A stretch of 64,000 nt of DNA from NCBI GenBank assembly GCA_008632985.1, contig QPGO01000026.1:372001-436000 (forward strand), read 5' to 3'. The position numbers and the translations under genes were made by a program. Positions 24,596 through 34,999 of this stretch are shown piece by piece (within the stretch, counting starts at the first letter, position 1; every line of letters starts with the position of its first letter). This stretch comes from Psammoneis japonica. Its lineage: Eukaryota. The notes below the pieces were generated by a model that was not told the origin of the DNA, made no database searches, and worked only from the letters and a program-made list of their open reading frames with translations.

Positions 24596-25279
24596 ATCTG
24601 CACAAACATCACACAACGTCAAATGGATTTCAACCAACAAACAAAGAATTCATGAATGCAAATGTCACACAAAATGGAGCAACAGAGAATAAAAATGGAT
24701 TTGCAACAATAAACAAAGAAGGCAGACGAGCCAAAGCAAACTGGAGAGGACATGAAAAGGGTGCAGACAGATGCAGAACTGTTTCAGTCAGCAACTTTTT
24801 TCTGGATGTCCGGCTTGAGCTTGTGCATGCCCCTTTGAATGCCCTCCTTGTATGACATGCAATGCTTCTTGCTTAAAAATGAACATGCCACCTCCCCACA
24901 TTTTGCTTTCCGCACCAACAAACAAGTCTCGTCATGTCGTTTCTGCCGTTCCTGGTCTGGGGTTTTGCAAAAATCATAAAACAGGACAAGGATGTAGAGT
25001 TTTCAGCAAAGAAAGATGAAGTCATTGCGCTGGCATGCAACTCACATTCTTGCACATTTCCATCCAATCGTCGCGCAACATTTGAGCTCACCTCAGGAAA
25101 TTGTGATGTCTCTTCCGCACTTGTGCCAGACAACATGAGAGTGGATGGTTGTCATGTGGAAGCAACGGTCGTGCCCAGGGAGAATCCAACCATCAAGGAG
25201 ATAAAGACAGCATGTCACTGAAAATTGACATTGAGTCAAGGACGTTTCCATCTCTCCCATGTGGTGTTTTTGCTCGCAC

Positions 25280-26027
25280 AGCCTGGGACAACTGGTGGGA
25301 GATTTTTCACCAAGGAGGAGCTGGAAGAAGCGGGAGCAACAGAGCAGGAGAAGGAGCAAGCAAGGATCCTGCGGAACAAGCATGGACAGAAATGATGGAA
25401 TGGGCGCAAGTTGCAACCAACCAATTGGCAAAGACAACCGTAAAAATGCGTAAATTTTGCACACTTGGACTTTCAATTAAGCCACTGCACCTCGAATTAG
25501 ACAACATCAACATGCACAGATGAACTCATGAAACCTCACAGAAGACAGAACGGTCAGAAGGAAAACAACCAGCACCACGCACCACTCTGGCCACAATGCA
25601 AATTAGTCAGGTCGCGTGAGTTGCGCAGGAATCCAACCATCGAGGAGATGAAGGCAGCGTGGGCGGCACCACCACCACAGCCTGGGACGACTGGTGGGAG
25701 ATTTTTCACCGAGGAGGAGCTGGAAGAAGCGGGAGCAACAGAGCAGGAGAAGGAGCAAGCAAGGATCCTACGGAACAAGCATGGACAGAAATGATGGAAT
25801 GGGCGCAAGTTGCAACTAACTGTTTGGCAAAGACAACCGTAAAAATGCGTAAAGTTTGTACACTTGGACTTTCAATTAAGCCACCGCACCTTCAATTAGA
25901 CAACATCAACATGCACAGATGAACTCATGAAACCTCACAGAAGACAGAACGGTCAGAAGGAAAACAACCAGCACCACGCACTGCCCTGGCCCCAACGCAA
26001 ATTAGTCAGGTCACGTGAGTTGCGCAG
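25280..26027 (+). repeat. Tandem duplication with 400-bp period
   Basis: 25280-25628 is near-identical to 25680-26027. A partial match also links ~25182 and ~25630. Confidence 0.92.
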
Positions 26028-26217
26028 AAGTGCGCACTGCAGCACCCCAATTTGTTTCAAAAAAAAAACAACCGTTGTACAGATAAAAAATGCAGCAAAA
26101 TGATTGGTGCAAGCAATCGTCACGCCTCTATTTTCTGACAGTGGCGAGGGCGGCAATCCAAAATCTTTTGGTTTCAAACTTTGATGTAGAGAGTTCCACC
26201 TGAGAGAGGAGGAACCA

Positions 26218-27520
26218 ACAAAAAATTTCAAATTCAATGGTCATTTACCTTCATCAACATAAACAACATGTGGGTCTACAGCATGGAGCACGTCAGCTCC
26301 TGAACCCCGTTGGCCTCATTGGACACGACACCAACAATGGCGACAATGGCGGTTCTGATTCAAAGCCCACAAAGCCTCCTGCCAAAAGAGCAAAAGCAGA
26401 GACTTGAGTCCTTGCCCTTTACACTGTGAAGGAAGAACAGCTAAAGAGATTGAGACAGAAGATGTGCTGCAATTGTGCCACAGGTCAACCTGCCAAACAC
26501 ATGCACCTTGTTCATGCCACTCGCATGATCAACCATGCACCTCTTGTGCTTGCTTTCACAAATGTGAGAACAAGGAAAAACTCCCAACTTGTGGCTCAAG
26601 CAATGGGGGAGATCAGATGAGAAACTGTGGAAACTTCCAACCCCCCCCCGGAAACCAGCCCACTTTGCAGCTGAAAATTTGACAACTCATGCATCAATGA
26701 CGCCCCTGATGACTCTGACAAACAAGAACAAAACAAGGCCAATGCCAAAGCCAACAAGGAAAACACCACACCCAACAATCAAGTGAAGGATGCCATTGAG
26801 GGAAGAGATGGTGTGTGAGGAGAGGTCAAGACACTGCACATCAAAAGGGGAAGATGGCAGTTGGAGAGGACAGAGAGGGCTTGGAGAGGGAGTCATCATT
26901 CCAACACAAGACGACCCCAATGTCACACCCCACAACTTCAATTTGGACAAGTGACAAATCATGTGCAAGGCATTTGGTGAGGCAGGCATGTCATCTCAAT
27001 GAAGGCACCCATGATCTTGAGCTGGAAGTGGTGTGGCTGGGAAGTGCAAGGAATGCAGATCTGACAAATCTGGGCTCTGCCAACATCATCCCATGACAGT
27101 CGCTGGCTCAGCTTCAAGCAAAAGGACAAAACCCCAGTTGTGGCATTTCCAGCATGGGTTGTTTGTTTTGAAATCAAAGACAAACGTGCTTGTCACCTTC
27201 CAGGGGTTGAGAGAGGCCAAAGCAGCCAGCACCCGCAGCTTGCATGGTTGGGGCAATGTCAAAAAATGCAGCCACACACCAAGATCACACACAGAGGTTT
27301 TTCACAAAAATTTTTTGCTGTGCAAGATGTTGAAAATGACTCTTGTGCTGGTGACATGGTGACCAGCCCAAAGCACAGAGGCGGAGCTTTGACATCTCTT
27401 GGAAAGCACAACTTTCTTGTTTTCAGCTGCAACAAACGGACCAAAAAATTCCTTTTCTTCAAAAAGTTTATGTGGTTGTGAAGCTGGGACCCAAACAACA
27501 TTCAAGCATTTTTTTGTAAA
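26218..27520 (+). mobile_element. 5' portion of a degenerate CRE-like non-LTR retrotransposon
   Basis: N-terminal Cys cluster (CCNC..STCQT..CSC...CTSCAC..CEN), then HLNEGTH. A related diverged copy lies at ~58215-59250. Confidence 0.45.
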
Positions 27521-28477
27521 CTGCGCTGTGTCATTTGATGATCAAACCAGCCACCAGCTGGTGCTCGGCTGCAGCTTGACTTTGAGCACAAACCCCAGGC
27601 GTGACTCTGCACAGCATCGCAAAACAATGTCACACACGGGAAGTTTCTAAAGTTGACAAATGATCAAATGGAGCATCAACCAGGTTGAGCAAGCTCCATC
27701 ATGGTGGGTTGAGTGCACCATGGAAGCAGCTTGAGCATGGCATCATCGCCAAAATGTGAGCTGTTTTGTGTTTGAGTTGCGAGATGAAATCCGTTCTGCC
27801 ATCACAAAGAATTGAGGGTCAAGAACTGCACAAAACAGTTTGTGATTAACAATCAAAAGGAAGGCTTCTCAAACACACGAATGATCTTGAAACTTGGACC
27901 ATTGAGCGTTCGAATCACTTGTCAACAAGCGGTTCATTTGCCGGTGTTTGATGATCTCCTACCTAATGAGAACTCATCGGTCATAGTTCTGACCTTAAGT
28001 AAGCAAAGGTGGGATCGCCACAGTGGTGCAACCCGTTAAATGTACACAACAATTATACGGAAACTGTTTCAGAAATGCTTAAATGTTCGGAATCATTTAT
28101 CAATCAGGTCATGGCATTTGAATCAGGTCATGGCATTTGATTGCCCCCAACATGGAGAACTCCTAGCTAGCTATAGGGCCCTAATAACTCATCGGTCACA
28201 ATTTTCAAAACGCGGGCGAGGTCCCGGTTCGCATTCGATAGCTACCAGTAATGTCGTAAAAGTGGGTACGAGAGGGCCGGAGAGGACACAAAAAAAGGAG
28301 AACAGAGAACAACAACAAGAAGAAAGAAAGAAAAAACGTGAAAGCTTGCGCGCACTACTGTACTGTGCATTGAACACTATTACTCGGTTTGAATTAAAGA
28401 ATTACCGCAATCACTTCGAACATAGCGAACAAGAAGCCTGTGGATTATATTGAAGTGCTCTCTCGGAAGTCCTAACC

Positions 28478-30194
28478 ATGCATCTCCACAATACACCATC
28501 CCTATCGGCACCCTGGCGCTTGACAGCACGGTTTGCACTGTTGACAATTTCAACGCTACTGCTTTTTCAGAAGTCGTCCGCCGCATTCGAATTCGTTTGT
28601 CCGATAAATGGTCAAGAGGACTCATCCTCGGAACTCCAGGCAAAAGACGAAAATGGCCCGGATTTTTCAGGTGTCTCTGGCCTGGCCTTCTCTTCCATCC
28701 AAACAGGACCTTCAGGTCAGCCTGTCATGTACGCTAACATTGATAGAGGAAACGGTAAAAGGTTGGGTATTTTTGATTCGGGTTCCGGAGAACGGTTGCT
28801 AACGCTCCAAATTCCAAGCCTTCCTTCTGCCTTTGATTGGGAGTCTCTGGCCATTGGATCGTGCGGCATTCATTGGGAGGACGAATCGTGTATCTACATT
28901 GGTGATATCGGCGATGGCCATGCAAACCAAAACGGCGGGGCTGAATCGGGAAGACAGGGAAACCCTTATCGAATCTACAAGATAAGAGAACCAGTTCTAC
29001 ACAAGTTCGATGATAATGATGTCATTCCAGCGAATGATACGTATGAATTGGAATATGATTACCACCACCCATCATCTCCCACCGAATTCGCTGACTGCGA
29101 AGCCATGTTTTTGGACCATCAGGGTTGGGGAGAAGGAGAGAGTAAAGGCGATCTTTACTTAGTTACCAAATGGGGTGCCGCCTACAAGAAGTACTATACG
29201 AGGTTGTTTCAAATTCCCGCATCTGCCTGGGATTTGTCAGAGGTTCCCTATTCACCTGCATCTGTGGGGAATTGTCCCAATGGGGGCTACTTATATGGCA
29301 GAACGTTTACAATGGCAGACATGACATTGGACGGCACTCTGATCGCTTTTGGTGGCTCAGCTAGATGCACAGTTGTATTTCCGCGATGTCCCGGTGTCAG
29401 TGTCGCCGAAGCCCTGACGGGTGACGCCGAGGGATGCGTAAAATGGCAGCATATCCCTGGTCGAACGAAAACCTTTGCATGGAGCTGGATGGAACCGAAA
29501 TCTGATCGTATCGGAACGTGAAGCGTGCGACCCTCGAGGACCGCCCTTAGCCTGGACCACAATGGATTACGATTCCCCAAATGCAACGATCATAGGGTGC
29601 CCGGATAAAGAGGCAAATGTGCAACCTGTAAGAACCACGGAAGGGTGTCCAACTGTCGTTCCACCGACAGAAGCCCCGCTTCCATTCTCTGAAGTGTTTG
29701 GTGAACTGAAGTGCCAGTACTCAGCATGCCTCGAGGAGTACAAGACAAAGTTTGACTATGCGCCTGAAGGGTTTGCAGAATTAATCCTCTCCAGATCCGA
29801 GGAAAATGTAATGGCCATCAAGAATGTGACGGACCGTGGAGACATCATTGTGTCTGCGGAAATGATGAGAGATTCGCTAAAGTTTTTTCAGGTATATCGT
29901 GCAATAGCTCTCGACGAGGGACGGCTAAATGCTCAAACGTTTGCTGACTGTGCAGGTACATTCGGAGGCAAATGCTCGCTTGACTTTCTTCGAGGCTTGA
30001 TTGAAGCGGTGGCAAATGAGGATGAGCTCACGGATGATGTCTACCTCGTGGAAGCGGAAAAGTATTTGGAGCAAGCTAAGGATTTCCTGCGCGAGAAGAG
30101 TTGGAGGCTCGCCACCTCTAGGGCCTTGTGGGGCATTAAACTTATCCTCAGAGGACTTGATGATGATGTCGTCGGCGCTCCTCACTTGTGCTAA
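28478..30194 (+). pseudogene. Secreted beta-propeller-like protein, paralog 1 (frameshifted)
   Basis: Nearly identical to 60188-61906, but two single-base deletions (~29485, ~29495) split it into ORFs 28478-29521 and 29475-30194. Could be a sequencing error. Confidence 0.8.
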
Positions 30195-31262
30195 TAATGT
30201 CTAGAAAAGGCGGCGATGTTTACGTGCTTCACTGTTGATTTGAGAGGCCGTCAGCGACTTCAATTTGCCGGGCAGATTCATGACAGCGGTGTGCCGTGTC
30301 ATGGCCCACGCAAGTTTGAATGCCCTCTATATAATACACCAAATAGTGTCCATGATTATTTAAAAGCTTTATGTGAAAATTGGTTTGATATGGATACCTA
30401 GCAAAATTGAGGACGGATAACTAACTAGAGTAGAGGGTGCTGCAATCCAAGCAAAGAGTAGGCATCCCAACTCACCGCGGAGCCTTGATGCCGTTCCAGG
30501 CTCAGATTCATCTTGAGACAAGGATCACGCATGGCCACTTTCATCGTTCCAATATATTATAGTACTCAAGATACGTCGTGAGAAACGTAAAGAAAGATCC
30601 CAATGAAATCAAATGCCTTGTTTCGTCCTTCAAATGAAGCTTGTTGGGAAAATGTGGAGCACTAGCTTGCTCATTGATAAACATGAACGAATCACACTCA
30701 AGTCAAATAGATCCGCATAAAATGAATCGGTCCACTTGTGTGCTTCTTCCTTGAGCCTTATGTATGGTGCGTATTGGTGCGTGATGTATGGTGCGTGTTT
30801 ACTTGAAGAAAGGAGTGGTGGCATGAGCCTCTTGTCCGACGAATCAGATCAAGCAACGTCAAAGTCCTTAATCATTCCCCAAGACAGGAGTCCAAACAAT
30901 AATTCCCAAAATCACTATGTGCTCGGAGGTATTGCACAAGCCCGTTACAGTACAGTAGTCAAAACAGCGCTTCTGTCACACAGCATCCGACCCATCGAGA
31001 ATACGACGAAGGACAACCACGGATTGCGATGACTCTCGGCTGAGAGCGTTGTGATGATTCGACTATTGGTCGAATATGAGAGGTGTCACCAACAAAAGGG
31101 TCGGTGACAGCAGATGGCATTGTTGTGCTCTTGTTGTTGCTTCACCAGAGAGTTGGGAAGATCGCTTCCAAAGTGAGGGTGGGAAACTGCACGCGCAAGC
31201 ATGCATGAGCACATACACGCGAATTGTGCATGAATTTGCTCTGTGTTGACGCGGATGGTTCA

Positions 31263-32174
31263 GCCCCTCCCTTATCGTCGCACAAAAACAAAAACAAAAA
31301 CGTTTTTTGTTTTCGTGACACGCGCGACGGCCTTATCGCCGAACAAAAACAAAAACACCCCTTCCATACATTTCTACGCCAAACCACGTATGTACGGATC
31401 CACGCGCTGACAATACCGGCTCCAGACGACCGCAACAAACAGAAGGGGCAAGACACGCAATGGCGTGTTCGAATCCATTTTATGACGGCAATTGTCGATC
31501 AATCATGACACAAGGCAATACAGTCGATACTATTGATTGAATGTCATCTATAGCATAAAAGATAAGGTGAAATATGGTAGCTTATGTGCAGAATACTAGT
31601 ACAACAGATCGGTTGTCAGAAAAGCACTGTTCTTGTGTCGTGTCATCACAAATGCGAATCATAAGGCGACTAGAGTGATGGCTAAGGCAAAAGTAGAACC
31701 TTATATGGCTAATAAAAATATGGCGGATTGAATAGTCACGTTCTTTCCTCCCTTCCACGTATCTTATGTGCAGAATACAGCGGATCGTTTCATCATGCTT
31801 GTGTTGTGTGGTCACAAATACAAGCCATAAGGCATCTATAGTAAAGGCTAAGGCCACAGTAGAACCATATATGACTAATGTTAATATGGAGAATTTAATG
31901 GAAAAGCTTTTTCCTCCTAATTCTACCACAAGGGGGCGCATCGCGTCGATGTGTCGATGTATCAGCCATGGTCGTCGCAGGTAGTGGATTTGTACGTGGC
32001 GAGACACGTAGCTGCGTTTTTGTGAGCATTTTTGTTTCCACAAAAACGTGGGGTCGTTTTTGTTCACGAGTACTCGTGAACAAAAACGAAAGTCTTAGTC
32101 GAGCGAGTCAATATGCAGTCGAATGGGTCAAATGCGTTTTTGTTTTTGTTTTTGTGCGACGACAAGGGAGGGGC
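31263..32174. mobile_element. Young 912-bp non-autonomous TIR element (PIF/Harbinger-like), 3-bp TSD TCA
   Basis: TIR GCCCCTCCCTT.TCGTCGCACAAAAACAAAAACAAAAACG at both ends, with tca on both sides. Empty site ggttcaggacgg at ~62969-62980. Rich in TA and CG. Confidence 0.93.
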
Positions 32175-34326
32175 TCAGGACGGTTGGGCTGGGGGGAAAC
32201 AAGCTCATGTTTGACAACATGGCCAATTCATCCGGCTCCAAGCATCAACAATGTCTTCACCACAATTGTTCACAAATGGGGAGGGAAAGGCACCTAAAAT
32301 GGCAGAGTCGCAAGAGCATCTTGATTGAACACAAATCAATCCACTGATCAGAAGCAAGTCTCAACGCAACCCACGGCAATGGCGCCAAATGCATCAGCAT
32401 GATGTTGCCACTGTTGCAATGAGGACAGCCCCCCACAAACCCACAACTGCCATCATCTCACAGTCTTGATGGTTGGCTGGGTCTTAAAGTCCTTGTCCCT
32501 GGCAGATGATGGACCACCATGACAAAGAATGGCGGCTTTTTGGGGATGCACAAGAACGTCTCAACATGCACACCACCCAGGAAGGAAAAGGAGGCACTCT
32601 TTTTAACCCTGTTCTCATCAATCGCTTTCTGAGTAACTTTTTGGGGAACCTCTAGAGGCTTGCATTTGAAGTGAGTGTGATGTTGACACCGGCAGCCCAA
32701 GACCGATTCCAGCTCTTGCTGGTGGACAAAGACAATGACTTGTTTTTGTGCCAGGTCATTTCTGCTGTGGTGGTCTGATGCATCATTGTCTTGACCTGCT
32801 TTCTCTTTAAGGTCCATTGTGTCATTTTGCTCCATTGTCTCATCATCATGTGCAGATGGTGGGAAATCAATTTCTTGTGCAGGGAGAAGGTTGCTGTTGC
32901 CCACTGCTTTAGAGCCAAACAAAACTCTTTGAGATGAGTTGGCTCAGCCAGAGTGTCCATTGCTGGCCCACAGCTGGGTGTTCTCCCTCAGCATTTGCAG
33001 CAGCAGCAGGTTCAAGAAGATGTGCAACATTCAAGGAACTTGGGTCATTGACAGTTCTGTCTGCCACCCTGTTGGAGATGACAGGGTCTTGACCCTTTGT
33101 GCAGCAGACAACGTCCTTTGCAGAACAATTTTCTGCTTGAATTTTGAGCATGGTTGCCTTCATCCCCACCCAGTGCACTCACCATGTTCATCATCAATTT
33201 CACCACTGTGCTCAGGGGCTGGCAAATGATCTTCAAGATTGATGAGCAGTTCCATCAAATCATCATTGTGGACCTTAAAAAGGTGAGTGTGAGGAGATGC
33301 TTTGCACAGATCAACTGTGTGAGTGTCTCCTTGGCAGCACTCTCTGCAGTGTGTTGCATGTGACACAGTCAGCCCAACACTCTTGGCAGCAAAGTCAGCC
33401 ATCATGGTCACTTGACTCTTCTCCCTGTCACCCACTGGTGTGCCAGTGTGACACAAATGGATGGCAGCAGCAACAAGAAGGAACTTTGCTTGACCCGTGC
33501 CTTTGGAATTTGTCATCCAAAGTGACAAGCTGCGTGAAGAATGACTCCCTCGTGACAGTGTGCTGTGGCATTTTGTTCCTCTTGTGACAAAACCTGGACA
33601 GAAGAACAACACAAAATGCACAAAAGACTTGCCTCCAGCACTGGGTGCTGGCTTGAGGAGTGGCTGGAAATTCATGTGTTTCCAATCTCTTGTTTTGAGG
33701 GAAAGCCGGTGGTGCCAAAAAAAAAGATCTCATCCAAAACCTTTGACTCTTCCCCGTTTTGTTTTTAAGAAGCCTTTTTTCAGAGCAACGAGTTTGCCAG
33801 AGCAAAGTTTCTGCTTCTGGGCATTCTGGAGCAAGGCTGGTGCAGCAACAGCAGCGATGTGCCTTTCCTTGAGGGTGCTGTGCTTGGCTTGCAAAACAGC
33901 CCAGATGAGTGCTCCTTGTGCTGCTTTTGAAACATGCCCCATGCACCTGTCAATGAAACAAACACCAAATGAGCAATGTGGACCTGTCCAAGACAAATGG
34001 GTCAAGAGCACAAAGTGCATGATGGTGGGAAGGCTTTGGTCAGAACCTTCATCTTGAATGACAGAACCTCATCTTGCTCATCAAGAAACCAAAGATCTCC
34101 CATGATGAAAGAAGGAAGGGTGTTGTTTGCCTTCACTTGGACAGTGGCCAGGTTGGCAGGAGGTGCAGTTGTCTCCAAAGGCTTGTCCTCATGCCTTGCA
34201 AAGGAAGTCAACTTCTTCCTCTGTCACCTCCATTGTGACCACAACCACCTGCATGACTGCTTCCATCATCCTGCTGGCAAGTTTGTTCCGTGATGACAAT
34301 GATGCAAGCGACGCGTTCCAGGTCTA

Positions 34327-34682
34327 GGTGGGACCTCGTACTACTGAACTGTGACATCGATAGTTTTTTGAATCACGTCGTATGTCGCGCACGTAGATTT
34401 CTACGTGATTTTTTTGATATTTTGTGTCATTTTACGGTACACTTATTGAGCGATCCGTCCAACAACTTTTGACATTTTTTGTTACAGCGCGATTCTATAA
34501 TGTCTTAAGAATCGCGTAGGGCAGGTGCATTTGCAAAAACGTCGAGTGGTAAGAGGCATAATTGTACCACAAACTTGGCCGTTTATTTGATGTTGAAGAT
34601 AAATATATCCATTAATTAAATTCTCGTACTGCGGAGCTCGCACGTAGAATTCTACGGGCCCAATGTCACACGGAGTCCCACC
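34327..34682. mobile_element. MITE (GGTGGGAC TIR, TA TSD), largely unmutated copy
   Basis: TA|GGTGGGAC...GTCCCACC|TA. Retains TA and CG inside a depleted block. Confidence 0.9.
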
Positions 34683-34999
34683 TAGGGCTGGAACGCGTCG
34701 CCAACAACAACACAGACTGTTGTGCATGTGCACAAATGCGAGGTTGCAAAAATTGCTGACTGCACCAGCAGAAGTCCCGCACAAATGCAAGAAAGAGAGC
34801 ATGCACCTGCACAATGGTGAAAATTTCAATCTTTGCAAGAACAGCTCAATGCAGCAAAAACCTGATGTGAACCTTCTTCTCAGACACACCAGATGTGCTG
34901 TGCCTGATTCAAACAGTGCTCAACACTCAGCTCTGCCAGCTGCATGACAACTCACAAACAAAGTGTCGCACAACAATGTAGACTGACAGAGCAGCAGCT

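Larger units (their letters stand above)
27565..33202 (+). repeat. Segmental duplication, copy A (copy B ~59297-64000, running off the window)
   Basis: Near-identical by eye over several kb, apart from scattered SNPs, small indels and a 912-bp MITE in copy A. Confidence 0.95.

Noticed and set aside
25280..26027. CRISPR-like array (also 47041-47750, 53016-53523)
   Set aside because: Two-copy tandem duplications without unique spacers; no cas genes; eukaryotic context.
28205..28245. GGTTCG as a tRNA T-loop or Pol III B-box
   Set aside because: No cloverleaf, and the downstream bases do not fit GGTTCGANNCC.
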